NCBI GenBank assembly: GCA_951406725.2
Contig: OX597815.1
Span: 29,698,001-29,762,000, forward strand
Direction: 5' to 3'
Length of the DNA stretch: 64,000 nucleotides
Source of the DNA: Octopus vulgaris
Taxonomy: Eukaryota
Shown here: in pieces, positions 12,883 to 25,559 of the stretch
How the letters are laid out: the number at the start of each line of letters is the position of its first letter
How positions within the stretch are numbered: the first letter of the stretch is position 1
Notes under the pieces: model-generated
What the model saw: only the letters and a program-made list of their open reading frames with translations
Told to the model about the DNA's origin: nothing
Database searches by the model: none
Program-made: the position numbers and the translations under genes

Positions 12883-14095
12883 GAATCTTTGAGTGATAAA
12901 ATGTATCACTGGTGTCAAAATACAAATCAGTGAACTTTAGAACCTCTTTTCAATAAAGATATAAGTAACTACAAAGAGAATTATGTAAAAGTTATAGAAC
13001 ATATGAATTAGTACATTCCAAAAAGGAAAACATGTATTCAGAGTCATTATAAAATAGCTTTGTGGTTATAATCACAGAGAGAAAATATAACTCTGACAAC
13101 CAAAAGATTGAAATTTTGATCTAACTGAGCTGCTCCGGTGTAACCAGAAAGAAATCACAAGCCTTTGACTGTTAGATCTATATGTTATTCCCAGGGTTTA
13201 AGACATTAACAGTTTAGAGTCAACAAAGAAGCATTACATGAACGTTCTATCTGCATAAATGAGCAGTCAAATCTACTGCAAAGTCACCCTGTCTTCTTAA
13301 AAAAAGGAAACATTGAATAATGTAGTTTCTGATATCAAAAAGACGAAGTGATCATCACTTCGGAGTAGCAGCAAAATCTCTTTCAAATCAAAGGATGCGT
13401 TAGGTAATGTTGATCTAGATGTATTATGGTGTAACAGATTCATTGGATAATATAGTTGAAGATATACTTTTCCCAAAGACATCATTAGGTCAAATAAAAT
13501 TATTTGATTTGGGTCAGCATTCGAAACCAATTGAGAAACTCAGTTGCTCATCCAGTGAAAGGTTCAGATGATTTAAATACCAAGATGGATATTATGTTTA
13601 ATATGAACATGAAATGAAGTAAAAATAACTGGAAAACTGAGAATCGAAACCGGACCGCTTTATCTTCCTTACAACGCTCAACTATCTACCAAAAATAGAA
13701 AGCACGAGCCTATGTCATACACAGCTCCAAAATGAACGACTTAGGAAGGCTTATTTTATCCCCCTCCATGTTATATAATGCTACTAAGTTTAATTTAAGG
13801 TAATGTTGTAAAAGATATCGATTAGGCTACAGGCCGCTGACTATTACTGATTGGTATCATCACGAGAGACAGTTTTATTTATTGTAAGGTCGATTGATTT
13901 ACCTATCAATTTCATTTGCTACTTATGCTTATATGGCAATCCGTTTTCCTGTCCTACCTGTCTTGTTTTCTCTAGATCATTCTGTTGTTTATTTGTTTCT
14001 TTGTTTTCTCTTCTGTCCATTACGACATTTGTTTATTGAGCTGTCACACTGTCTGTCTATCAACATATAAATCTGTCAGACTGACTATCGATCCG

Positions 14096-14146
<51 letters not shown>

Positions 14147-14195
14147 ATATATATATGTGTGTGTGCGTGTGTGTCTGTGTGCTTGTGCGTGCGTG

Positions 14196-14229
<34 letters not shown>

Positions 14230-14307
14230 TGTATGTATGTATGTATGTATGTATGTATGTATGTATGTAGACTTGTGTGCATTTATATGTGTCACTGTGT
14301 ATATACT

Positions 14308-14516
14308 TTTTTACTTGTTTCAGTCATTTGACTGTGGCCATGCTGGAGCACCGCCTTTAGTCGCGCAAATCGACCCCAGGACTTATTCTTTGTAAGCCTA
14401 GTACTTATTCTATCGGTCACTTTTGCCGAACCTCTAAGTTACAAGGACGCAAACACACCAGCATCGGTTGTGAAGCGATGTTGAAAGGATAAACACAGAC
14501 ACACAAGCACACACAG

Positions 14517-14551
<35 letters not shown>

Positions 14552-14800
14552 GATATATATATATATGGGTGTGTGTGATTGTGTATAGAAGAATATATTA
14601 ATAAAAAGAATTCCAACCTTGTCTGATTTTCACGTTTTATTTACAATCTTATAATGATATATTATAAGATAATATATTATATACGACGAGCTTCTTTCAG
14701 TTTCCGTCTACCAAATCCACTCACAAGGCTTTGGTCGTCCCGAGGCTATAGTAGAAGACACTTGCCCAAGGTCCCACGCAGTGGGACTGAACCCGGAACC

Positions 14801-14803
<3 letters not shown>
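14308..14803 (-). mobile_element. SINE family A
   Basis: Matches copies at 31097, 37026, 51151; internal microsatellite. Confidence 0.85.
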
Positions 14804-14833
<30 letters not shown>

Positions 14834-15042
14834 ATGATAAATATCAAAGTGAGTTATATACAGTAGCGGTAACACATCGTGACGTATATTTGCCATTTCA
14901 ATATGGCTACCCCTAAGGGTGGATGCTACTGTAGTTTTTAGCCCCAGGAGGACACACTCCTCCAGCTGGCCATAGACACACTTTCTGTGTCCTGTCAGTA
15001 TTTGCAAAGGGAAGTCATCCTTCCCGTCTTCAACTTATGATA

Positions 15043-15087
15043 CACACGGACTCGAGTTTCGAGGTATTGACCTCTCGTCAGCGTGTG
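15043..15087 (-). ncRNA. Type I hammerhead ribozyme
   Basis: CACACG CUGACGA GAGGU-caau-ACCUC GAAAC ucga GUC CGUGUG; full core, stems I-III pair. Confidence 0.9.
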
Positions 15088-15474
15088 ACAATCATAGTTG
15101 TCGCCGAGAATTAGATTTCCTTCACAAATACTTATACTTTTTCCAGCGTCCACTGTCGCTGATATTGAAAAAGTGAAATCAAACAATGATAAATATCAAA
15201 GTGAGTTATATACAGTAGCGGTAACACATCGTGACGTATATTTGCCATTTCAATATGGCTACCCCTAAGGGTGGATGCTACTGTAGTTTTTAGCCCCAGG
15301 AGGACACACTCCTCCAGCTGGCCATAGACACGATGTGTTACCGCTACTGTATATAACTCACTTTGATATTTATCATTGTTTGATTTCACTTTTTCAATAT
15401 CAGCGACAGTGGACGCTGGAAAAAGTATAAGTATTTGTGAAGGAACTCTAATTCTCGGCGACAACTATGATTGT

Positions 15475-15519
15475 CACACGCTGACGAGAGGTCAATACCT
15501 CGAAACTCAAGTCCGTGTG
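15475..15519 (+). ncRNA. Type I hammerhead ribozyme
   Basis: CACACG CUGACGA GAGGU-caau-ACCUC GAAAC ucaa GUC CGUGUG; predicted cleavage after 15513. Confidence 0.9.
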
Positions 15520-15680
15520 TATCATAAGTTGAAGACGGGAAGGATGACTTCCCTTTGCAAATACTGACAGGACACAGAAAGTGTGTCTATGGCCAGCTGG
15601 AGGAGTGTGTCCTCCTGGGGCTAAAACTACAGTAGCATCCACCCTTAGGGGTAGCCATGAAATGACAAATATACGTCACG

Positions 15681-15719
<39 letters not shown>

Positions 15720-15722
<3 letters not shown>

Positions 15723-15877
15723 AATGGCTGTGTGGTAAGTAGCTTGCTTACGAACCACATGGTTCTGGGTTCAGTCCCACTGTGTGGCACCTTGGGCAAG
15801 TGGCTTCTACTATAGCCTCGGGTCAAACAAAGCCTTGTGAGTGGATTTGGTAGACGGAAACTGAAAGAAGCCTGTCG

Positions 15878-15929
<52 letters not shown>

Positions 15930-16145
15930 TGTATATGTTTGTGCGTCAGTGTTTGTCCTCCCAACATCGCTTGACAATCGATGCTGGTGTATTTACATCC
16001 CCGTAACTTAGTGGTTCGGCAAAAAGAGACCGATAGAATAAGTACTAGGCTTACAAAGAATAAGTCCTGGGTTCGATTTCTTCGACTAAAAGCGGTGCTC
16101 AAGCATGGCCACAGTCAAATGACTGAAGCAAGTAAAAGAGTAAAG
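15720..16145 (+). mobile_element. SINE family A
   Basis: Head tggctgtgtggt...ggttcagtccc, internal (TA)n, aagagtaa tail. Confidence 0.85.
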
Positions 16146-16407
16146 AGTATATATATATATATTAATTTTTATTTCTATGTCAAGTTATATATAAAAACAA
16201 TTTAACATAAATCTGAAGGAATACTCAATGCTTTTTAGGAGAGAATACGTTTATTAAACTTTTACAAGGAAAAAGTTGACAGTGATTTTGAAGTTTTGGT
16301 TTGGACGACTAAGTGTGTTGTAAGTAGATCGAGGAAATAGTTGTGTAAGAAGTAGAAGATGATAGTAGGAAAGCATGTATTTGTAGGGTGTGGGTTAAGT
16401 GACAGTT

Positions 16408-16810
16408 ACGAGGGGTACCCAAAAGAAACCGGAATTTTGCAATATTATTTTATTCACATAGCTTTATATGTTTAGAATTTTATCCCCTTCAAAGTATTCT
16501 CCATTTGAAGCAATGCTTCGGTCCAGGCTCGATTTCCACTATTCGAAGCAGTGCTGGAACTCTTGCGAAGTGACGCCGTTTAAATCCTTCGTCGTTTTTT
16601 TTCTTCACCTCATCCACATATGCAAATTCCGCAGCACCAGCTTTCGTCACCAGTGATGACCTTCAACTTCCAACTGTCCTTTCAGTTCATGATACGCATT
16701 CAGTAGTGATTACTTTTGGTCTTCCGTGAGCAAAGTGAGGCACAAACTTTGCTGCAACTCTTTTCATTCGCAACTTCTCGCTCAAAATCCGTTGGTAGGA
16801 GCTCCAGGAC
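16408..16810 (-). mobile_element. Internally deleted mariner fragment
   Basis: tacgaggggtacccaaaa terminus; minus strand carries a WxxCI-x-SNGEYFEGD-type C terminus. Confidence 0.65.
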
Positions 16811-16939
16811 ACATCATTCATATACTCTTAACTCTTTTACTGGTTTCAGTCATTTGACTGCGGTCATTCTGGAGCACCGACTTTATTCGAGCATATATTT
16901 GTGTCTGTGCATCTATTATGTAAAGTTAATTCAAGCAAG

Positions 16940-17130
16940 AAAGCACAAAAAAAAACAACAACAACGCGAGGACGTAGAACAAATATAGTATTATTGGACG
17001 CTCAGGAAAGAAGGAAAGAAGGAGGGTTTAACGTTTCGAGCGGAGCTCTTCGTCGGAAACATAGGAGAAGGAAAGATCCAGAGAAGGGAAGACAGAGGGA
17101 AAAAATCGCCAACGGTACACACGCGGTCAC
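16940..17130 (-). mobile_element. Second copy of Penelope-like terminal repeat, hammerhead core variant CCGACGA (17026-17060)
   Basis: Near identity with 6597-6735. Confidence 0.6.
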
Positions 17131-17189
17131 ATATGTATATATGGGTGTGTGAGTGCAGGTGTGTTACTTTCATTAGAATATTCAATCAT

Positions 17190-19980
17190 ATGGCGAACAT
17201 CGCCGGTAGTGAAAATAAAGCGGAGTGGATTGGAATGTTGAAAATACAAAAAGTGCCAGAAGAAGGAATTAAATTACTTTTAGTAAGTTTACGAAGCTGT
17301 TTCTTGATCACTTTAGTCTTACACTGAGATTCATTGCATCAACATTGAATGTAGACTTAGATATCAATACACCAGAAGGCAAATTTAATGTCTTTCAAGA
17401 TGTAGAAGATACTAAAACAGGCAGCACATCCTACATAGAGTGCCTGCAAGTCAGTATCAATGTAGGTTACTTCGTATGTAATAAAATTTCACACCACACA
17501 CACACACATACACGTGCGAGCGCGAATATAAACAAACACGTTCTACAAGCAGAAATAGTTACAACGGTTCGAAGTATTATAGAAATAGTAAAGGATTTCT
17601 CATACAAAACCGATAAAAGAATGAAAGATAGCTTCAAAGAATGTTAGGAATTGGATATGGAGAAGTTTGGTGTTCATAACTTGTTTATTCTCGAGAGAAG
17701 AAAGTAGCTTTTTTAGCTTTTGTTGTCTGCTATTCTCACAAAATACTATTTCAGCCTAAAAAAAAAAATGGATTCGAACAGTGGAATGCACCGGAAAGGT
17801 TTAGTATCCATGAAAAAGTTAAAAATAACAACAAACAAACCAAAACAAAATAAAAAAAGCTGCATCGATACTGTCTAATCCAATGTAAAGAAATACAAAG
17901 AAATGTTTTAGAAAATAGAGGACATAGAGATCCAAAGAAAAACGAAAATGGCGGGATGTTCTACATAGAATTCTTTATTGCACAAATTTTTTTAGCAACT
18001 CAAAAAGCAAGCTTTGCGTTGACAGGAGGAAATCCATAGTCGAAGAGAGGAAAGCAATTTTTCCGGAATGTTTTAGGGGTTATTAAAATTGTTGGCAAGC
18101 TTTGATCCTGTTATGAACGAACATACTAGTAATGTGGAAAACAAACCCGAAAGAATAGCATATTTATTTCCATTGGAGCAGAATTAATGTACTCAAATGA
18201 TGGCTTCTGTTTACTAGAAACTGCTACACAACATTTATGAGGCTAAATATTTTCGCCTCATCTTTGATTATACTTCAGATCAAGCACATCAAGAGAAAAT
18301 AGTAGAAACGATTTGTTTTGTTGGTATTGATTCTAAGGAGAAAACTATTTTTACAAGCGAGGTTTTTTTTTTTCTTTGGTATATTCGATTAAAACGAAAG
18401 GATACTGCAAACAGGGTAAAAGTAACAACATGTAAAAGAGGAAATGTCATTAGAAGACTGTCGCTCCCATTACTATGACAATGGTGCAGTTGTGGCTGGC
18501 TATAAAAGTGACGTTCAACAGAGATTTAATGAAAAGGCATTGCAGTGCTATTTTTGTAAATTGCGATAACCATTCTCTCAATTTGGTTGGAGTGCGTGCT
18601 AGTAGCCACGATGTATTTATGGTAAATTTTTTAGTACAATCCAGTCGCTTTATTCTTTTCCTGTTCAACTCTCAATCAGCAAAAGCTGGGAGATGCCGTA
18701 CCAATAATTGTCAAACGTGAATCTGAGATTCGACGGCGTTCCAAAATCGAAACTGCAAAGCCAGTTCATGAATGATTTAATGTCTTAGTAATTTTTTCAA
18801 AGCATGGTTGATGATCAAAATTAAATTCTTCAATAAAAGAGGCAAATATGAAATAAAATTGTAACTTCTAATTTCCTGGATTTGCTTAACTGTTAGAATA
18901 AAATTCTTATTGATATTGTCCATGTTTAAAAATTATGAACTATGACGAGATCTGTCAAGATAAACTTTTAAACAGTTAAGAACTATTGACCAGCTATTCA
19001 TTTGAACTGGAGTATATGATGGATGGAATAGTCAAATAGAAAGACGCTTCACTTTTGAAGGAGTTAATTATTTGTGAAAGAGTCAGGGAAATGATGAGAG
19101 TAATGAAATTACAATTGATCGTCTCTACAATGAAAAGTATGAAATATTTACTCATCACTATGACTTGGCTCCAGAATTTGGATTTCTCTTAGCTGACACA
19201 GAATTACTGATTGATTCAAATGTAAACAAAAGCATTCACATAGTATCCTGTCTCAATCTCGTATAGTTTTATATAACACCGATATAGACGGATTTGAATT
19301 TTATGCAGAATTATTGGATTGTAAGACGGTCTGAAAAGTTAACAAGACGTTTATAGTTGTAGAAATTAGAAACTCTTCAAAGTTATTGTTCAATATGTAA
19401 ATGAAAATGTTTTTCAAATTTGTGATTTGCTATTCAGGTCGTGCTCACTATTGCAATTTCAATTATCAGCCGCGGGTTGTGATCTTTCAGCAATTTATAT
19501 CTGATGTTATCATATTTGAGAACTTTAATGCATCAAGAAAGACTTGGCTTTAATCTAACTCAGTAGTGTATATGAAGAAACTAAAAACAAATTATAATGA
19601 TATTACTGATGCATTTGCATCGATAAAAGTAAGAAATGTCCAACTTTAAAACGAAGTTCATAGTTATTCTTAAAAATAGTCAAACATTGGTGTAAACACA
19701 ATTCTTTTAAAGTAACACAGAATGATTTCAATTCAGTAAGTGTTTTATACATTTTTGTATTGCTTTACTTGTAAATGTATTAATAATTACTTAATGTATA
19801 TTTTATGTTTAACTGTTTTCCATTTGTCATAAAATAAACTTCCTAAAAGTATATTAAAGTTATTGTTTCGAATGACAACTTTGAATTAATACGAATGAAG
19901 TAGAATTGGGAAGGACACCGACTTTATGGGTGCCGTTTATTGACTTGTTCTCAGCGAGATTAATTCTAGCCACGTAGCTG
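17190..19980 (+). mobile_element. Decayed hAT transposon (TTF/ZMYM1-like transposase)
   Basis: FCCLLF, GLLKLLASFDPVM, AKYFRLIFDYTSDQAHQE, YDNGAVVAG, FVNCDNHSLNL, SYLRTLMHQERL in shifting frames; ends approximate. Confidence 0.8.
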
Positions 19981-21065
19981 ATCTGATGTTTGATGCATTG
20001 CTACTAAGTCTTGCTTTGGATCAAACTCTAAAAATAAGTCGATAGAGAAGTTTTCTGTCAGAGAGGGTCATCATAGCAACAAACTTGCCATACTATTGTC
20101 ATACATTTTAGACAATACGGCAATCTAACTGGGTAGATAATGATCAATAAAATGGCTGAATATATTTCTTAACACACAATAATACTCAGGTGCGTTCTGC
20201 TTCCCTACTTGATGAAAGACCAATAACAAAATTCTACTAATCTACAGGTTAATAAATTAATATCTTAATTACTCATTATATACGTTACATACTATCAAAG
20301 TGACTAACTCTTTTCATTTCCAGTTATTTTTCTCCCAGTTCTCCTATCCGTACCTTCCCCCCTCTCGCAGTCCATCAATCCTTCTCACCATCCAGGCAGC
20401 TAGTCAGTCGTCCATTTATTGAAAACATTAAAAAATAAAAATAAATCAAGCCCATCCAACACCATAAACGACATAAATGCAACATTATTTATTTCTCGAA
20501 CTCCGTGTGACTAATTTATAGATATTTACGTTCTTCATGTATTTCTGCACATTAACAGCATGAATAAAGTGAATTAGCTTCCAGTGAGAGCCGAAGCTAG
20601 CTTATCGACTCTGTTCACTGGATGCCTACATTTTACTCAACGACTTAGCAACAGCAGCAACAACAATCATCTTTAACATTGGTACAAGACTAGTAGGGTG
20701 GGGATTAAGTCGACTTCAGTATTTGATTTAGACTTATTTTTATAAACTCTGGAAGAATGAAAACAAAATTAGTTCTTGCGAGAAGTGAACATAGAACCGA
20801 AATGAGACTAACTAAATACCACCACTTACAAAATCCACGAATATGACCATTTGGTTAATAAGTTTGCTTTGCAATCTTGTTTTTCCATGTTCGATCCCCT
20901 TGCGCGGTACCATGGGCAAGCGTCTTTCATCGTAGTTTCAGTTTGACCAAGCCTTAGAGAATTTGAGTAGATGGAAACTTTAAGTAAGACTGTCAGAGGG
21001 ATAATAGATATTTAACACCTATACTTGACTGTGGAGTATCTTTAGCAGACCCACTGTGTTGTAAG

Positions 21066-21163
21066 TCAGGAATGGAATAGATCCATAGTTTTGTCCTCTT
21101 TGACTCCTGCCACTTTCAGAAGTGACTGCAAAGTAGTTACGAGCGCTGTCCCTCCTCCACTGA
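21066..21163 (-). CDS. Candidate terminal exon (SGGGTALVTTLQSLLKVAGVKEDKTMDLFHS*)
   Basis: Acceptor tttttttcttag and GC-richer non-repetitive segment; frame ambiguous. Confidence 0.25.
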
Positions 21164-22150
21164 CTAAGAAAAAAATAATACATTTCGATTCACAACGAAA
21201 ATCCTGCTTAACTATTACATTAAACTTGTAGCATTCTGTACGAATTACTTTCTTCACACAATTTTTTTTCCTGTTTTGAACATAAAAGCAACAGTGTTTC
21301 ATAATCTCTTATCAATGGTTTTAAAATCCGAAAAGTTTTAAAATCTGAAAGTTTCTTTTGTGAATCGTGTTTTGTATACAAAGTGGTAAATATGAACTTT
21401 CAATATTAAGTAAACTTTTCGATGTTCTTAAAAAAATACAATACAAAGATAAAAGAAATCTTTATTTTTTTTAAAATTTTCAATTTGCTATATTTATTTA
21501 AGCAAAGTTTTCAGACAAAACCTAATAATTTTATTTTTCAATTCATCGAGACACTGTTTATTATTTATGTGTTTTTTTGTAATATTGTCTTTTGACATTT
21601 CAAAACATAGTTTAATTATTTCTTTCAGAATTGAACTTGAATCAAAACAACTCGGGAATTTCTTAATAGCAATACGACATAGAAGGCTGAACGGACTAAT
21701 ACTAAATTTTATCATTCTATGTTCGGAGTTCAAATGCAATGGGGAACGATTTTACCTTTTGATTTTTGTGTGTCTGTGGCTTTTTGTGGGATGGAATAAA
21801 TAAATGCCAATAATAGTTCATGACCAAATCTCCTGTTTTTTTCAATTTCAACATTTTTTCTTCAGTATTCGAATCCGTAAGTGTTGCAGTATTTGCTAAA
21901 AGCATTTAGTAAATGCTGAGTTCAAATTCTACCAAACTGCAATTTGCATTTCATTCTACTGAAGTCGATAAAATAAAAAAATAAAAACTCACTTAAGTAC
22001 TGAGATCGATATAATCGACTCTACCTTTCGTCTAAATCTCTGGCCTTTGCCAATGTTAGAAGTCAATATGAAGTCTTATGCTTTACTTAGAATACAATAA
22101 TCTCTCGCCGTATCGCGGTTCATCTATCGCGCACTCAGTACATCGCGGAT

Positions 22151-23972
22151 GATTTTTTTTATTACCCATGACGAGTCAACAAAGAGGGACATACATCACA
22201 TTGGGGACATAAAACAATTGAATAAAAAATAATAAAACATGAGATAATGAAAGATGAAAAATATGTGAAATGAAAATGGTGTTACTTGCTCCATCAGGTA
22301 ACATCACTTGCTTCCCTTTCTCTGTATTCCATTATGTCTACCCCATACCTTTTTTAAAGTTCTTTATATTCTATAAACTGTGGCAGTTTTTCTTTGTTAA
22401 AGTCCACTTTCCACAGTTCACATTCCTCTTTGTGTCTCTTTATTTCCATCCTTTGCTGTCCCGTTATTAACAGAACCGTACCTTCCACTCTATCTTCATT
22501 CTTTACATCAACATGAACTGCGTTCTCCCATTCAATTACCCTTTCAAACAGTTCATCATCATATACTACACACGCCAAACAGCCTATGAGAGGGAAGTTT
22601 GTGAATCATTGTGTGAAAATGTTTTCTTTTGTTTTTGTGAAGGAGAGGAGTGGGGAGGCTTAGTGTCTGCAGGGTGAGGGTGGGACAAAGATGGTATAGG
22701 TGGGCCTTGGGTAGTTGTAGGGTGAAGTTCTGTATGCGTTGGACTTATCTTTTTCCTCTTCCTTCTCTTTCTTTTTCCAGTATTTTCCCATTCTTCCTCT
22801 TTTTCTGTTTCTACTGGAACCATGTTTTCCTTCTATTGTCCATCCTGGGGCTTCTCTTGTGGTTTCTCCTGGGGATCTTCTTTTTGCATTTCCTCAGCTT
22901 TTTTATTCGGTGGAGGGCATTTCGCTCTTATGTGGCCCTTGTGATCACATTTAAAACAACGAGTGATTCTGCCCTCCACCCACACATTCATTATAGTTTC
23001 GTTCACGGTCACCGTTTCAACCATTTCTTCTATTGCTTCTTTTGAACCTTGAATAATCATGTTCTCTATTTAAGAGATGAAGAATTATGTACATTATTTA
23101 TATTATTTACATTCGACGAATATTTGTCCTCATCTTGTTTGTTATTTACAACAAACAAGATGAGGACAAATATCCGTCGAATGTAAATAATGTAAAGAAT
23201 GTGCTTGAATAATCATATTCAATATTTGGCCTTGCCAATTTACACTTTTTGTTTATGTGGCCTGGAGCACCGCTATCTTGTCCTCGATATCAACCAAAAC
23301 AGCAGCTACTATCCAGGCCACATCTATCTCTGGTGGAATTCCTTCCACCCTTACCCGAGACGCTCTCTGTCCCAGATACGTGGGTAGAAGTACTAACTCT
23401 TCGTCCCTTGGTGGTGTTGCCGAGTATTTTTTCGCTGTGTTTTCATTTATGAACCTGACCTCAACTTCTCCGAATATCGACCCTCTGGCAAGATATGTTA
23501 TTCTTTGCCAGATTGGTCTCAGCGCCTTCTCTACTTGTTCTATTGTCATATAGTTAATTTTTCCTTCCTTTATTGAGTAGGTTTTCTATGTCATCGTTCT
23601 TCCTTTAATTAGTTTTGTTGTTTCTTGCGGGCGGATGGTTTACTTGCATGTTGTAACCGTCCCGACTTAATAGCTTCTTGTATTTTCCCATTTCGATCTG
23701 AACATTATCATCTGATTCTCGGGCGACGTCTGCGAACTTCCTATTTCTTCCTTCCAATTCCTTTTCCATAACTTCGATAGTTCTTAGCACTTCTTCAGAT
23801 GTTGACAGCTCCGACCCGCTAAGGTCTGAGTAAAACATTTTTTGCTCGCACTACTCCCCTCAAAACGCCGAGGGACAGCACAACCATACACACCGCTGCA
23901 ATGCAGTACAAAGCGAATCACAATACTTTTCAATAAATGACAGGAAACACGTACTTATACAACCGGACAGCA
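22151..23972 (-). mobile_element. ORF1-only non-LTR retroelement (HAL1-like) with 18-bp TSD
   Basis: TSD actcagtacatcgcggat at 22133-22150 and 23973-23990; AATAAA/A-tail at left end; ORF1 with CCHC knuckle RCFKCDHKGHIRAKC; no RT. Confidence 0.8.
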
Positions 23973-24319
23973 ACTCAGTACATCGCGGATTTTTCTGGCT
24001 AATATATGTAAATTTATATCGCAGACACATACATTAGCGAGGTGGTGGTTGTAAGTGTGGTACACTCAGATAATTTAACAATTCACTTAATGACTAGGAA
24101 TTGTCTTCATTTCTAAAAGGTATAACGATTTCAAATTTCGGAAAGAGGTACAGTTCTTGACTGGTATACTATTTCATCCATTATTTGAAGAATAAAAGAC
24201 AAAACTGATTTCGGCGGATTTGAACTTAGAATATAAAGGTAACTAAATATGGTGAGGTATTTTTCCTACACTCTACCTTCCCGCCAAATCACCGTCCTAT
24301 CGATTGGAAATTATAATAA

Positions 24320-24730
24320 TGATTTCAAATTTTGGCACAAGCCATCAAGTTTGGGGTGGGGGAGCAAGTCGATTATATCGACCCCAGTACTCAACTGGTA
24401 CTCATTTTCTCGGCCCCGAAAGGGTGAAAGACAAAATCGACCTCGTGGAATTTGAACTCAGAACATAAAGACAACTGAAATGTCGCTAAGCATTTTGTCC
24501 AGTATGCTAACAATTCTGTCAGCTCGCCGCCTTATTGGAAATTATAATGTTGGTTTCAAATTTTGGTATAAGGTCAGAAATTTCGGGGGAAGGGTAAGTC
24601 GATTACATCTACCCACGAAAGGATGAAAGGCAAAGTCGACAACGGCGGAATTGGAACAACGAACGTGAAGACCGACGAAATGCCGCTAAGCATTTCGCCC
24701 GATATTTTAATGGTTATGCCAGCTCGCCTG
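24320..24730 (-). mobile_element. Two SINE family B copies
   Basis: gaaaggatgaaaggcaaagtcgac domain and head remnants. Confidence 0.75.
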
Positions 24731-25559
24731 ATATTGACGGTGGAGAAATGAGAAGTAAAGAAATCCCTTTGGGATTTGATCTCAGAGTTTTAAAACAGAT
24801 AATAAATATCTGAATATGTTTTACCTGGTACTTTCACTATGTAGTTCTATCAACAGAGGACCAGAAGTTTGAGTGTGGATTTTCTTAGGTTTTGAGATAC
24901 AATCTGACAATGTGCGTTCATCAGGAGAGGTCTTCCATCATCATGAGGCTTGATCGAAATGTCTAATGCTTTTTATTGATGTGATATGTGACCTTGCTGT
25001 CTAACAGCGCTTTAGAGTGTTGTAGTCGTCGTTGTTGTATATTTCCAGATTAGAGACACGAGATCAAACTTCACAGTTAGACCATGTCTCCTTCTAGCCA
25101 AGAACCATCAAACACAATCTGACTAGAAGTGATGGATCTTGCAAGATGCAGTGTGACAGTCTGGAAATATTGCTCACTCTCCACTGTTCAGTAGATTTCG
25201 ACGATGGTGACCAATGCACGTATTGCAGACTCAGTCAGAGCTCGACGGTTATTAGTCCTTTGCATGCGTTGTTGGTAGTACATATCTCAGCTGAGGCTAT
25301 TAATGTTACAGCTACTTATTTCCGTATGTATGTTCCTTATGATTGTCCAGAGTGAAGGGGAGATAAGTGTTTTTAGGAGCTTGTTTCACTACCGGCAATG
25401 TTGCATATGAGCTTTAGTGCTTGGATGTTGTCTCACATGTAGCAGCAGAAACTTTAGAAGTTGAAACCTTTTGCAGTAAAAAGACTGCATCCTTTGCATT
25501 TTTAGGTGGTCTTTCATTTTTAGTATCTTTGCTTCACCGAGTTGATAATTTGTAGATGG

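Larger units (their letters stand above)
14833..15682. mobile_element. Retrozyme-like element: 352-bp monomer, 1.4 tandem copies plus one inverted copy, each arm with a hammerhead
   Basis: 14833-14979 repeats at 15185-15331; 15329-15682 is a reverse-complement permuted monomer; inserted in (TA)n. Confidence 0.85.

Noticed and set aside
14708-15642. Repeated short ORFs in the 352-bp unit
   Set aside because: Consequence of the tandem/inverted repeat; no recognisable domain
21630-21875. Plus-strand signal-peptide-like exon
   Set aside because: Hydrophobic frame lacks an in-frame ATG and ends in a stop
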